Notes: a model not told the origin generated them from the sequence alone. Positions 10,809-21,807 are shown, numbered from the stretch's first letter. The stretch is 64,000 nucleotides of DNA from Candidatus Atabeyarchaeum deiterrae (GCA_037310415.1 CP147780.1:1984001-2048000); one strand, 5' to 3'. Made by a program: numbers and translations.

Positions 10809-11597
10809 TTGCTACAACCAATCAGACCCAAACTTGCTATTATCCAGCCAGTTGTTTTCGTTCTAGACGGGTCAGTAAGCATGGACTGGCATGTGGGCGC
10901 AAAGAGCAAGTCCAACTTGGTGAGAGACACACTGAGGTTTATCGTCAACTACTTCAAGAGTGGAGAACGAAGCAAAAGGGAAGGCGACTTCTCGGGAGAT
11001 TACATATACATCCAAATAATCGCATTTGACGTCCAACCAGTGAAGTATTTTGATGATTTTGTCAGAATATCTGACTTGAATGAAGATGAAATACCGTCCC
11101 CTACTGACAAGATAAGGAGTACGTTGAAACGATCCAATAAGGGGACACTCATCTCACTGGGATTGCAGTCAGCCAGAGAATCAATAGAATCCTTCATCAT
11201 CAAGAATGAACTCGATTTGAGGCAGATCTACAAGACGGCGATAATCTTGCTGAGCGATGGTTGCACAAACAAGGAAGACGTCAAGCGGTTGGAAGATATT
11301 TCGAAGGAGATTAACGCACTGTACAACGTTTTTGTTATCGAATTCGGCGAACCCACTTTCATAGCAGGCTCAAGTAGATTCCATCGTCACTCATGCCCAG
11401 AAACTCTGCAAAAAGTGGCTAGTCAAGTCAACTCTGAGCTTCGTCGAAAATACCGTAATGTCGCGCGACGGTTCGAGTTGGCAGTAAATGTGGACGAGTT
11501 TTTCATAAACGACAGACTATACATCAGGACCCTAGATGAAAAGCATCTGCCAGTGATCTTCATTACCATGTCGACCATCAAGAAAGTCATAAGTTGA
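10809..11597 (+). CDS. vWA domain protein (TerY-like), copy 3
   Basis: VFVLDGSVSM, IILLSDG; clearly paralogous to copy 2. Confidence 0.85.
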   Translation: MLQPIRPKLAIIQPVVFVLDGSVSMDWHVGAKSKSNLVRDTLRFIVNYFKSGERSKREGDFSGDYIYIQIIAFDVQPVKYFDDFVRISDLNEDEIPSPTDKIRSTLKRSNKGTLISLGLQSARESIESFIIKNELDLRQIYKTAIILLSDGCTNKEDVKRLEDISKEINALYNVFVIEFGEPTFIAGSSRFHRHSCPETLQKVASQVNSELRRKYRNVARRFELAVNVDEFFINDRLYIRTLDEKHLPVIFITMSTIKKVIS

Positions 11598-11970
11598 CGG
11601 GCGAAAGAGCGCACATGGTGGGTTGGGGAAGGCGAGTGGCAAGTAATGACGGGTATCAGCAAACGTTCCATAGAGAAAGCTAAACTCGACATCAACTACC
11701 TCAAGAGGCAAGCAACCAAGGACAAGGTCAACTCAAAACTTGGGAGACTGCTGGGTTCCATCGAGGAACCACACGCGAAACGGAGACCTTTCCACGAACC
11801 GCAAACCTGAGTGAGAAAAGGCTTCAAACTGGAAGACAGATACTTGCGACCTCTTTGCTGTCAACGATTAACCTCCGACTCCTAACCCAAAAACAACAAT
11901 GGTCGGAGGGCACTCACACAGGTGGCCAGCGGTTTCGACTCTCCGTCGATCATACTCTCCTAGGAGACAA

Positions 11971-12297
11971 TCACTTGAGTCCCCCAAGAAGCGTATCAAA
12001 CATCTGTTGAGTTCTTGTGGCTTTAATGCAGCAATACTCATCTCTTGAACCCGCTTGAACTGCTACCGGACAGCTTCTGCAGACGCATCCCTTCTCGTTT
12101 TTGATTTTCGTGCTTCTTACGTTAATTGCGCAAAAGTTCTCCCGATCCTCACCCGTTCCCTTGTACGTGGGACATCTAGGACAGTCGCACGTCACACCAT
12201 TTTGCCCGGGCGGATTCCATGGCTTTGCCTGAATAATCTTTTTCTTATCTTTTTCAGACATGGGCTTCATGTTCCCGCGTTCCTCCGCCGAATTCAT
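11971..12297 (-). CDS. small Cys-rich protein, DUF2769-like
   Basis: CDCPRCPTY...FC...GCVCRSCPV...YCC pattern; true start may be a downstream Met. Confidence 0.7.
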   Translation of the reverse strand: MNSAEERGNMKPMSEKDKKKIIQAKPWNPPGQNGVTCDCPRCPTYKGTGEDRENFCAINVRSTKIKNEKGCVCRSCPVAVQAGSRDEYCCIKATRTQQMFDTLLGGLK

Positions 12298-12714
12298 CAG
12301 TAATCACATCCAAGAAGCAGACTGATCCCTTATCGCGCCTCAAATTCTATCACTATCCCTTCTTCTTCATCAAAGCGGTCTTTCCCTTGATATCGTATTT
12401 ATAGGTTTCCGTACGACGCATTCCCAAGAGAAGAGAAATGAGAGTAGCCTGTCGAATCTCATCGTGTTCCGATTTTCTTGAACGATGCTTTGCTCACCCT
12501 TTCCGTCGATGATTGCTTCTGTGAGAATTTGGGCGAACAATCGATGGGCCCTGTTCCAAACTCGTTGACTTCACAGTCCTTTTGCCTGCGAACGCTCCTA
12601 GAAACTTTATTATGCGAGCACAACACAAACCTGCACACACTGTCTTTCAATACTAAAATGTGGATTACACCTGGAAAGGAGTTGGAACGCTTGAGAATAA
12701 AACGCATAGTCGAT

Positions 12715-13395
12715 ATGACCAAGATTATAGACACGAAGGACCCCAACTGGCAGAAAGATGAACAATGGGGAGCCCAAGAACGAGACAAGCTGATCAAAGT
12801 CGACCCCTATATATACGTCCCAGACCGCTGCCTCGTAGAAGACATAACCATGTGGAGCCACCTGGGAACTCACATCGAGTCACCCTACCACCAGTACCTG
12901 CTGAAGGGTGGCAAGTCCATCGGTGAACTACCCGTCGACACGTTCGCAGGTGAGGGCATCGTCATCAACATGAGCTACATTGGCATGGAGGAAGACATGG
13001 ACAAGGTAAGGGAAAGGGCAGAAAGGATGGGAGTCACCGGAAAACTCATAACGGAAGACGACATGAAGCCCCTGGACAAGAAGATAAAGAAAGGCGACAT
13101 AGTTTTCTTCTACACTGACTGGGAGATACCCGACATTCCCCTCATCGGAAGCGGTGCAGCCCACTGGCTCGTGGACAAAGGCGTCAAGTGCGTCGGAGTC
13201 TCAGAACAGGGCATAATAATGTCATTCGGAGGACACTCGACACTTCTCGAGAATGGAATTCCGATGGTCGAAGACTACATCAACTGTGATCAAGTTGTGG
13301 ACAAGCGACTATTCCTCGTCTGCGCCCCCCTGAGGATCATTGGGCTCGGCGCCACGCCATGCAGGGCCTTTGCAATCGAGTTCGAAGAGAAGTAA
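12715..13395 (+). CDS. cyclase family metal-dependent hydrolase (kynurenine formamidase-like)
   Basis: SHLGTHIESP (HxGTHxD/E), GDIVFFYT, PLRIIG.GATPCRA; start set at ATG 12715. Confidence 0.85.
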   Translation: MTKIIDTKDPNWQKDEQWGAQERDKLIKVDPYIYVPDRCLVEDITMWSHLGTHIESPYHQYLLKGGKSIGELPVDTFAGEGIVINMSYIGMEEDMDKVRERAERMGVTGKLITEDDMKPLDKKIKKGDIVFFYTDWEIPDIPLIGSGAAHWLVDKGVKCVGVSEQGIIMSFGGHSTLLENGIPMVEDYINCDQVVDKRLFLVCAPLRIIGLGATPCRAFAIEFEEK

Positions 13396-13771
13396 AGACA
13401 TTCACAGATTCGCGACTTGCCAAATGGATCGAAGTTGCCTCTCCTGATAGCCTGAGTATAGGTCAAATGTGAAAAGAGCGCGCTCGGCGTCAACACAAGA
13501 TTGGCGCGCGCCCACAAGCGGAGGCAACGATGCCGGAGTTAGGTCTCATGATCAGCGGTGGACGCCGAGGAGATGAGCCTCGGGCTAGAGGGCGTAGAGT
13601 TAACCCTCCACCACCACAAGCATTAGGTTGGTGACGACAAACTAGGAAGCGCTGACAATCATGTTAACGAAGTCAGTGATGTTGACAAAGCAAATGTTTC
13701 CTAGGAACTCTACACAAAGATAATAATGAAGACAGATCAATAGTCTTGTCGTGTGGAGGAGATACTGACCG

Positions 13772-13957
13772 TTGAGGCGAACTCGAGTGTCGCGCTCGAA
13801 ATCGGCGCACAACAAGGAACAGGAGTTGCTGCAGGAGGCCATAATGCTCCGCGCAATAGGTCCAGCCGAGTCTCTGAGGATCGTATCTGAGTTGACCGAC
13901 TTTGCAATCAAGATGAACAAGGTGACTGAAAATAGTGCAGAAGAAAAGAACCATTGA
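13772..13957 (+). CDS. small partner/antitoxin of the downstream nucleotidyltransferase
   Basis: 61-aa ORF overlapping the next gene; LRAIGPAESLRIVSEL pattern. Confidence 0.5.
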   Translation: MRRTRVSRSKSAHNKEQELLQEAIMLRAIGPAESLRIVSELTDFAIKMNKVTENSAEEKNH

Positions 13958-14525
13958 AGACTTGGTGAAGGAACTTGCAGTGACTCTAAGCCAGCTCGGA
14001 ATGGATTACGCGATTGTCGGTGGAATCGCAGCGACCAGTTGGGGAAATGTGAGGACAACACTGGACATCGACGTCGTCATGAATATCAAAGTTGAAGATG
14101 CACCAGGTCTAGCTAGTGCACTAAGGGAACGGGGCTTCTCACTTACAGAGAACGACATTATAATGGCTCTCAAAGAGAAGTCACACTTCACCGCGCATGA
14201 CGAAAAGTCACTTCTCCGTATCGACGCAAAGGGAGCATATGGGCAGAGAGAGCTTGAAACCTTACGCACCAAGAGGAAGATCCTCATCGAAGAGACTGAG
14301 ATCTACCTGGCATCTCCTGAAGATATGATCGCCAACAAACTTCTCTCGGGAAGCGAACAGGACATACGGGACGCTGAAGGCATGTACGCTAGGCAATTCC
14401 AGCACATTGACATGAATGGTCTGAGGAGCGCTGCAAGGAAGTTAGGCGTGTCGGCGCAGCTGAACAAGATGGAGAACAGAATCAGAAAAAGGATAAACGA
14501 TCTGTCCTCCAAGCGCCGAGCATGA
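13935..14525 (+). CDS. nucleotidyltransferase (AbiEii/DUF6036-like)
   Basis: YAIVGGIA, RTTLDID, SPEDMIANKL, QDIRD. Confidence 0.8.
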   Translation: MQKKRTIEDLVKELAVTLSQLGMDYAIVGGIAATSWGNVRTTLDIDVVMNIKVEDAPGLASALRERGFSLTENDIIMALKEKSHFTAHDEKSLLRIDAKGAYGQRELETLRTKRKILIEETEIYLASPEDMIANKLLSGSEQDIRDAEGMYARQFQHIDMNGLRSAARKLGVSAQLNKMENRIRKRINDLSSKRRA

Positions 14526-15019
14526 CAAGAAGCGAAACTTACATGCACGGAAGACGTAACCCCTAACAGCGAAGGAACTTGTTAACACGAGACAAGCATT
14601 ATACGTTGATGAGGATCAGTGAAAAACAAAGGGCTTCTGTCAACAAGACTCAACTCATGAGAGAGACCCTCACCCGATATATGGAAAGCTCAACTGCCCG
14701 TATGAACTTCTTGCGGCGCGCACAGAAGGAAGTGCCGGTACATGACACGATGATCTAGGCAATTACTTCCTGAAGCCGCAAGACAGGCAACCCAGGAAGA
14801 GACACCTGTCACCGTAACAGGTGAAGTACTAAGGACCATTAGACTCCTCAACTTCACGTCGGCTGTCGGCACCTAGCGAGATCGATTCTCGGTATCGATC
14901 ACAATCGGTAAATAAAAAGATCACAATACGGTGAAGCATCAATAGCTGAAAAGTGATGAGAAACATGAGAAAAAGCGAATCTCTTAGGATTTCCTCGCTA
15001 CTACAACACAACTGCACCG

Positions 15020-15409
15020 ATGTACAGAAATGTCGCGATATCCTCAGACGCATCAGGGATCGTCTGCGGCAATTATGCAACTCCTGATAGCACGAGCACT
15101 GTCCTGTTCTTTTCTAAAACTCTGGGATTCGTCGGGAACTGCACTGTCGGCCGAGGAATAGGCGGGTCACCGGGTGACAGTGGTCTCAGCGTGGGAATCT
15201 CTGGCAATGGCACCATCTCAGCCTATGGCGGAGCAGGGGCCAAGATCTTCGTGTTTCGATACAACATTCTCCAAGCACCTTCGACACCTGACAGTTCATG
15301 GGTCATCATCGTCATCGTGGCGATAGTCGGGATAGGCGCAGTTTTGGCGATAGTCGCTGCAGTTTTGATGATGAAGAGAGGCGGCAAGGGCACGAGTCGC
15401 AGAAAGTGA
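15020..15409 (+). pseudogene. probable 5'-truncated fragment of a membrane-anchored beta-repeat surface protein
   Basis: VAISSD/VGISGNG repeats plus C-terminal TM and basic tail, but no signal peptide. Confidence 0.45.
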
Positions 15410-15633
15410 GTGAAGAACTGAGCAGACACAGGTCACACCTTACCTGAGAAACTTGACAAACACCCTTCCTTCTTTTTCTTGGACGCCGAAGAGCCTCCGA
15501 GCGATATCTGACATTAATAGAGCATCTCATACATACCACCAAAACATCTTCGGAATCGGTTTTCCCGCTTGAACGAAGACCTTAAGTGCATCAGAACCAT
15601 CTTGGCTCGTAGAATTATCTGAAGGTAAGAAAT

Positions 15634-15987
15634 ATGGGAAATGCTATAGTTCATTTTGAAATACCTGTAACTGACCTGGAAAAGGCAAAGACCTTCTATT
15701 CTAAGTTGTTCGGATGGAAAGTTGATCTAATGCCAGAAGCCAACTACGCTCTTTTCGACACGGGCACACCGCCCAACGGAGGCTTCAACAAGGTCGCCAA
15801 AATAGGAACCGGCGGATGCATGATGTACATTCACGCTGACGACATCGAAAAGAAACTCAAAGAGATTGAGAAAGCCGGTGGCAAGACTGTAATGAAAAAG
15901 ACGGAGATTCCACAGTTTGGCTGGAATGCATCATTCAAAGATATCTTCGGCAACGTCTTAGGCCTATTCACACCAACTATGAAATAG
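15634..15987 (+). CDS. VOC (glyoxalase/bleomycin resistance) family protein
   Basis: VHFEIPVTDLEKAKTFYSKLFGW...FKDIFGNVLGL. Confidence 0.9.
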   Translation: MGNAIVHFEIPVTDLEKAKTFYSKLFGWKVDLMPEANYALFDTGTPPNGGFNKVAKIGTGGCMMYIHADDIEKKLKEIEKAGGKTVMKKTEIPQFGWNASFKDIFGNVLGLFTPTMK

Positions 15988-16173
15988 AGCCCTCACAAAA
16001 CCAACTATGAGAAAAAGTCAGAGATCTGCCCTTCCAGTCGCGGCAGCGATCGTGCAACCTTCTGGCAGAGTGTTTGGTATACATCTACAACGCTGACGTA
16101 TACATTTATTGGAAGAGTCAGCCCCTTCTTGCTGATCTCATAAGCAGGAACAGAGGAAGGAACTTCTCCAACC

Positions 16174-16725
16174 CTATCTCCTGATCTTTCTTATCAGCTT
16201 CATCATCTCTCTCATGTAAGCTGGGAGATCCATAGGATACCGAGAAGTGACCAAATTGCCATCCACTACGACTTCAGCGTCCACGTACTCCGCCCCCGCT
16301 TTCTTGATCTCGTCTGGTACACCATCTCCCCAGAAGCCTGTTGCCTTTCTGCCCTTGAGTAAGCCCGCAGAGATGAGTGTGTATGGTCCGTGGCAGATTG
16401 CGCAGACTGGCTTGTGCTTGGCAAAGAAAGCCTTAGCTATTGCTTGGGCTTTGGGACTCTTTCGAACTGTTGTTGGCGCTCCAACGGGTGAGCCTCCAGG
16501 GAGTAAGAGAATATCGTAGTCGTCTGGGTTGATGTCGTCAAACGTCATGTTCACATTCAGACGATAGCCGTTTTCGCCCTCGATTTCTCCCTTGGTGGGC
16601 GCTGCGATGTCCACGCCTACTCCTTCTTCAATCAAGCGGAAATATGGGAAGAAAAGCTCCATGTCCTCGAACTTGTCTGCAGTTAGGATAACTGCTCTAA
16701 TCTCTTTGCTGCTTTCTTTCGGCAT
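16174..16725 (-). CDS. pfpI: PfpI/DJ-1 family type 1 glutamine amidotransferase-like protein
   Basis: FEDMEL, LPGG, AICHGP nucleophile, VVDGNLVTSR. Confidence 0.85.
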   Translation of the reverse strand: MPKESSKEIRAVILTADKFEDMELFFPYFRLIEEGVGVDIAAPTKGEIEGENGYRLNVNMTFDDINPDDYDILLLPGGSPVGAPTTVRKSPKAQAIAKAFFAKHKPVCAICHGPYTLISAGLLKGRKATGFWGDGVPDEIKKAGAEYVDAEVVVDGNLVTSRYPMDLPAYMREMMKLIRKIRR

Positions 16726-16988
16726 GGTTTATCATACTCGCTTGAATGCTAATATGAGAACGGACTGTCCGCTAAAGTAAGTCCCTGCGTTTTGACCTAT
16801 TATAACTATTGTATGTCACTTCGGCTACCCTCAGGAAGCGGACCTAGTTTCTCTCCGCCAAATAGTACCTACTAACAATTGACAAACCCAGAAAAGGGGA
16901 AATTGCAGAAAATAGGTGCACCATTCTCCTCCTGCTCTGCAATAAGGGAAAGTCAAGAAGCTCAGCCTTTTTGGTCGACAATTGTTTA

Positions 16989-17987
16989 TCAGAGAATCCT
17001 CTTGGCAATGCGAAGAGCAAGAAGAGTGATCCACCTCGAGGGTCTCTCCTTTTGCCCGAAGTCGAAATTGGACCACATCTTGATAATTGATTCCGGTGTG
17101 AACCTTCCCTGTTCGTCTTGTTTTCTCAGGAGCAGGTCTAGCATCTCCGATTCTTTAAGCCTCTTTCTTGCGTAGTCGAATTGCGATAGCACATCCATGA
17201 ACTTGAGGATCTTGTAGTCAGTGAACGGGTACTTCAATTTCTCCCAGTCCTTCTCGATCCCGCTATCATGACCCGCATACTTCACCTTCCCCCTATTCGT
17301 CCAGCATTGAAAGAGAAAGTCAACGCTTTTCTTTGCCATTTCACTGTTTCTCAGGTTTGGGTTTTGAGCCAGCGCTCCAAGTGCGAATATAGTGGCGAAA
17401 GCACAGCTTGGTTCACCCTCTCTAGGTGCTCCGACTTGCCCCGTATCTTTGCACCAGTATCCTCCGTCGATTCGCTGTCTCCTTATGAGGTAGTCATAAG
17501 CGTTCTTCAGCCTGAGGTCTTCGAGCAGGCCCAGTTTTGCCAAAGCTTCGACGATAATAGCTGAATGGCAATCACCTGGCTTTGATGGCGGATCCCAACC
17601 GAAGCCCCCCGAATCGAGCTGCGTTGAAAACACGTACTCGCAGGCTTTCGCGATTCGCTCGTCTCCTACTGTGAAGCCAAAGTCCGCTAGCACCGGAAGC
17701 AGCCAAAACGTAGTGTCCTTTCTTGGCCACCATGTGTGAATGTCTTTCGGTTTCCCCCAATAGCCGTCTTTGTTCATTTTGCGGAATATCAACCTTACAT
17801 GCGGGTGGTCGGACACGGCCGCCAGAGCGGCTGCAACTGTTCTGTCGTCGTCGCTTTTGCCGATTACGTCCTTCAACACACGGTATGCTACCCACGGTTC
17901 TCCAGTTAGTAGCCACTCCTCGAGGTCAACTTCCGCTGTTCTCTTTGTGCCTGATCCCGCCAATCTTTCCAAAGCTCCAACTTGCAC
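16989..17987 (-). CDS. prenyltransferase/squalene-cyclase-repeat (alpha/alpha barrel) hypothetical protein
   Basis: QLDSGGF, QRIDGGY, QDEQGRF QW-like repeats; SRWITL C-terminus. Confidence 0.65.
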   Translation of the reverse strand: MQVGALERLAGSGTKRTAEVDLEEWLLTGEPWVAYRVLKDVIGKSDDDRTVAAALAAVSDHPHVRLIFRKMNKDGYWGKPKDIHTWWPRKDTTFWLLPVLADFGFTVGDERIAKACEYVFSTQLDSGGFGWDPPSKPGDCHSAIIVEALAKLGLLEDLRLKNAYDYLIRRQRIDGGYWCKDTGQVGAPREGEPSCAFATIFALGALAQNPNLRNSEMAKKSVDFLFQCWTNRGKVKYAGHDSGIEKDWEKLKYPFTDYKILKFMDVLSQFDYARKRLKESEMLDLLLRKQDEQGRFTPESIIKMWSNFDFGQKERPSRWITLLALRIAKRIL

Positions 17988-18249
17988 ACATTATGGATAT
18001 TAGGTTCTTGAACATTGCGTTAATTCATTCGCCCATGCCTGCTGTGTACCCTATCAGCAAGGGAGTTCGCGACAACGAGCAACTGTCGCCAAGCTAGACT
18101 AAGAAGGCAAAACGCCAAGTAGATGTCAACGCTATGATAGGAACATGAGAAATGAAAAGCTCTATATAATGCAATATCCTATCCAGAGGTTGAGCGGGAA
18201 ACGCGAAGGCTTTTCGAGAGTCAAACACCGCTCCCCCGGGGTGAGGAAG

Positions 18250-18534
18250 ATGAAGAGGGAAGAAGTTTATAAGAAAATCGCGCAAGAACTCAGGAATCTC
18301 GGCGCAACAAAAATAGCAGTATTCGGCTCCTATGCGAGAGGCGAAGAAAAACCGAACAGCGACATAGACGTTCTTGTCGAATTCTCAAATAGGAAAAGTC
18401 TCCTAGAACTTGTGAGGATAGAGAGAGAACTATCTGAGACTCTCGGAATAAAAGTGGATCTATTGACGGAGAAGTCGATCAGCCCGTACCTCATCGATTC
18501 GATAAAGGAGGAGATGGAGGTAATCTACAGTTGA
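18250..18534 (+). CDS. MNT nucleotidyltransferase antitoxin
   Basis: VFGSYARGE...SDIDVLVEF, KVDL. Confidence 0.9.
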   Translation: MKREEVYKKIAQELRNLGATKIAVFGSYARGEEKPNSDIDVLVEFSNRKSLLELVRIERELSETLGIKVDLLTEKSISPYLIDSIKEEMEVIYS

Positions 18535-18887
18535 AGAAAGACGACACATTCTACCTGAGACACATACTCGACGCCATATCTAGAATCGAAGAATACTCTC
18601 ATAGAATTGTGTATAAGGACTTCAAAGACAACCACCTCGTCCAAGACGGGATTATCAGACAGATCGAGATAATTGGCGAAGCCACAAAGAAACTCTCCAA
18701 ACAAACAAGAGAGAAAAGCCCTGCAATACCTTGGAATGATATGGCAGGGATGAGGGACAAGCTGATACACGACTATTTCGGTGTAGACACCGACGCCGTC
18801 TGGGACACCGTTGAGAAAGACATCCCATCGCTCAAGAGCAAGTTGAAGAACATCATCGAAACGAAGGGAAAACAAAAGCCCCCGTGA
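18531..18887 (+). CDS. HEPN (DUF86) toxin
   Basis: IEIIGEA, GMRDKLIHDYFG (Rx4H). Confidence 0.9.
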   Translation: MKKDDTFYLRHILDAISRIEEYSHRIVYKDFKDNHLVQDGIIRQIEIIGEATKKLSKQTREKSPAIPWNDMAGMRDKLIHDYFGVDTDAVWDTVEKDIPSLKSKLKNIIETKGKQKPP

Positions 18888-19241
18888 AACTTACAGCAAT
18901 AGATCACTGGCGCGAGCGAGTTGCCTGACTTCGACCCTCGCTTTCCGACTTTTCTGAGAGATTTTCGAGTTTTCTGATGAACCAGCGCTCAAATCAAACA
19001 GTAAAGCATACTCGGCGACACCAATAAAAGACCTCTCCGACAAGTTCAACGAAAACACACCCACTAGTATTATAGATAAACTCAGAAGAATGGTACGAGC
19101 GAAGGCAACATGATAGCAAACAAGAACTTACACCTCTTTCTCAGTCTCAGCATAAGAAACGATGTCGAATTCAACAAATCCGAGTATGCTTGTGAGAAGA
19201 GTAAGCACATTGTCGAAGAAGACCGCGGGAGTTGAAACCCC

Positions 19242-20138
19242 TTGATGGATCAAATTGCAGACAACGTGTTCCTGATCCGAGGAAGGAATAATGGCAGATT
19301 CCCATTCTCACATTCCGTCGTTGTCACCTGCAAGGATGGCGGTGCCGTGCTTATAGACACAGGGTGCGGGATAGATCTCCTGAACGAGATCAAAGCACGA
19401 TTCGATGTCCAATATGTAGTCAACTCACATACTCACCCGGACCACTCAGCCGGAAACTGGGTGCTCGGCGAAAGCAAGGTCAAAGCTATCTACGTTCCAG
19501 AGGAAGGATTCGAAACAAGCGGCAACATTAAGGTACTGTCCGAAAGGTTTGCGGAGCCAGGTCCGTTGGCAGAGTTTTGGACAAAGTTTGTTGTGAACAC
19601 GATGGGTATGAAAGACTGCAGACCTACTGATAGCTTCAGTGACCGTAGGCCGCTTGAGCTTGGGGGAACAACTCTTGTACCCGTTCACACTCCGGGACAC
19701 ACAGTGGATCATTACTGTATCTATGAACCGGAGAAAAGGATCCTGTTCTCGTTTGACTTTGATCTAACGCCCTTTGGCCCCTGGTACGGTCACCGAGAAT
19801 CTAGTATACCTCAGTTCAAGAAGTCGATCGAGAAACTCAAGAAAATCGACGCAAGGATATTGGTCTCAAGCCATGCAGAACCAGTCAGAACCAACATTAG
19901 AGCGCAGCTGGACGAATTCTCCGCCAAGTTCAACGAACGAGAAGAGAAGATAATAAGTCTGGCTAGAGGCGACGGTAAAACTATCAGCCAACTTGTGGAC
20001 GCATCTCCGATATACGGAAAGTACCCGTACGCCGAACCACTCTTACGTTACTGGGAGGAGAACATGATCAGAAAACATTTGGAGGATCTGGTTCATCAGG
20101 GCAGAGTGACGCAGAAAGATGACATAATCATCAGTTGA
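19242..20138 (+). CDS. MBL-fold metallo-hydrolase with C-terminal wHTH
   Basis: IDTG, SHTHPDHS, TPGHT, SSH. Confidence 0.85.
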   Translation: MMDQIADNVFLIRGRNNGRFPFSHSVVVTCKDGGAVLIDTGCGIDLLNEIKARFDVQYVVNSHTHPDHSAGNWVLGESKVKAIYVPEEGFETSGNIKVLSERFAEPGPLAEFWTKFVVNTMGMKDCRPTDSFSDRRPLELGGTTLVPVHTPGHTVDHYCIYEPEKRILFSFDFDLTPFGPWYGHRESSIPQFKKSIEKLKKIDARILVSSHAEPVRTNIRAQLDEFSAKFNEREEKIISLARGDGKTISQLVDASPIYGKYPYAEPLLRYWEENMIRKHLEDLVHQGRVTQKDDIIIS

Positions 20139-20316
20139 CTCGACAATGCCGCCTTGAACGTATGGCGATCAGTGTCTCCACTGGGGTAGACTATTTCACC
20201 AGCGTTCTCAGCATTTCTTCCGAGATACCCAGCCCCAGCTGAAAGAGCCTTCGGGCAATCAAGATAAGCCAGATCTGCGCAAGCGGTTCCATTACTCCAC
20301 TCCTCTGCGCTGAACA

Positions 20317-20706
20317 TCATTTCTCACTCACTGTCTCATATTCTATGGCATTTCCCTCTCGGTTGTAGACTGCTATCCGCTCCTCTGAATTGTATGGATA
20401 AGCCGCAATGACCATTATTATACCATAGAAGTTGTTTAGGTCTCCGACCGACGGTTGAAGAACTCCAGAAGGGTGGGAATGCGCCGTTCCCACAATGGAT
20501 AAATCAATTGGAAGCATTCGCGGAGAGAAGTTCGAGAAACTATGCCCATGAATGGCGAGGGGAGGTACAACAATCTCATTTACATAGATCTTGGTCTTAT
20601 CCGTCGACCCCCTCAGGAGGAGAATCCCCTCCCTAGGATGCTGGATCTTTGCGTAGGCCAGAATGCCACCAATGACCGAGCGGCTGATCACAAGATGCTT
20701 CGCCAT
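20317..20706 (-). CDS. JAMM/MPN+ metalloprotease
   Basis: PREG glutamate plus HSHPSGVLQPSVGD (HxH-x7-S-x2-D). Confidence 0.85.
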   Translation of the reverse strand: MAKHLVISRSVIGGILAYAKIQHPREGILLLRGSTDKTKIYVNEIVVPPLAIHGHSFSNFSPRMLPIDLSIVGTAHSHPSGVLQPSVGDLNNFYGIIMVIAAYPYNSEERIAVYNREGNAIEYETVSEK

Positions 20707-20847
20707 TTACACCACGCAACCAACAGACCCAAGACACTCAAATACAGATCTCTTGCCTCAACTTCCCTCATAAGACGTGCTTGGTTCTTCCAGAATTCTC
20801 CGCAGCATGTCGTCGTCGGTAAGCAAGTGATCGGAGCCTAAGGAGAA

Positions 20848-21267
20848 TTATCGCAAGTACTTTCTCACAAATTCGGTTGGGCTCAATGACTGGATCTCGC
20901 TCCCTTTCCTAAGCATGTCGTCTTTTGTCACAAAGCATTCTGCGCCGACAATTTCTGCTGAGGCGAGGATAATTGCATCAGGAAGCTTCATCTTCTGATC
21001 AGCGCGCAACCTAGCAGCTCTATCGGCAACTTGAAGATCTACCAGCGAGACTTGCCAGCTTTGAGTAACATGTGTGAGGAAGTCTTCTGCTTCTTTTTCT
21101 TCCTTGTTCTTGTAGAATCCCACTAGAGTCTCGGCAATGACAATCGATGAGACTACTCCTTCTATTTCTTTGTCATCGACCGCGTCGAGTATCTTTTCGC
21201 ATTGATGTGCGTCAGCTTCAGTATTCTTTACAGCGATGAATACACTTGTATCGATGCAGACCTTCAT
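20848..21267 (-). CDS. vapC: VapC PIN-domain toxin
   Basis: IDTSVFI, AE, DAIILASA, VTKD. Confidence 0.9.
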   Translation of the reverse strand: MKVCIDTSVFIAVKNTEADAHQCEKILDAVDDKEIEGVVSSIVIAETLVGFYKNKEEKEAEDFLTHVTQSWQVSLVDLQVADRAARLRADQKMKLPDAIILASAEIVGAECFVTKDDMLRKGSEIQSLSPTEFVRKYLR

Positions 21268-21488
21268 TCCCAGTCATCTCTGAGTCTTCTCTGGAACTCG
21301 ACGCTTGGCTCCACTGGTTTACCAGCCTTAAGAATGTCCTTCATTTTTCGCCCTATGATTCTCTCAACGACCAATTTGCCGGCAACCATCTTGAAAACTA
21401 TTGTATCCCCAGGTCTTATCTTGAGCTTATCCCTTATTTCCTTAGGTATTACAACCTGGCCTTTTTCACTGACCTTAGCCGCTATCAT
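21264..21488 (-). CDS. AbrB/MazE-type antitoxin
   Basis: KVSEKGQVVIPKEIRDKLKIRPGD; overlaps vapC. Confidence 0.9.
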   Translation of the reverse strand: MIAAKVSEKGQVVIPKEIRDKLKIRPGDTIVFKMVAGKLVVERIIGRKMKDILKAGKPVEPSVEFQRRLRDDWE

Positions 21489-21722
21489 ACATTATGGTTG
21501 GATTTTCTTACATATAAGTCTTACCAACAGAACCTTGCCTGATACTTGAAGATGAAACAGTAGAATTAGGTAGACTCCCAAGCTCCATGACTAGCATCCA
21601 TGAGAATAATTTGGAGAACGCGATTGTAAGTGTACAGCTCTCAAGAGATAGGATAAGAAGAATAGCACGCTCTCAACCACTAGATGTTGTTGCCGAACTT
21701 AAGAACTCAAGGCGGGTGGCGC

Positions 21723-21762
21723 CGCAATTCTTCCGCCCTTTGAAAAGGGCGGTCTCCTTGCG
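21723..21762. mobile_element. solo IS200/IS605-type subterminal hairpin
   Basis: CGCAA...CCGCCCTTT-GA-AAAGGGCGG...TTGCG nested inverted repeat resembling IS605-family ends; no transposase next to it. Confidence 0.5.
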
Positions 21763-21807
21763 ACGGTTTCTATGAAAATGATGTGGGAGACTTGGGGACG
21801 AAAGCTG

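Noticed and set aside
11620-11810. Short frame resembling a nucleotidyltransferase C-terminus
   Set aside because: Too short and weak to call.
12478-12714. N-terminal extension of the cyclase ORF
   Set aside because: Reads like non-coding sequence with a TTG start; ATG 12715 is the more plausible start.
20317-20706. JAMM protease as part of a ubiquitin or CBASS-type system
   Set aside because: No E1, E2, ubiquitin-like or cyclase genes are adjacent; stand-alone JAMMs are ordinary in archaea.
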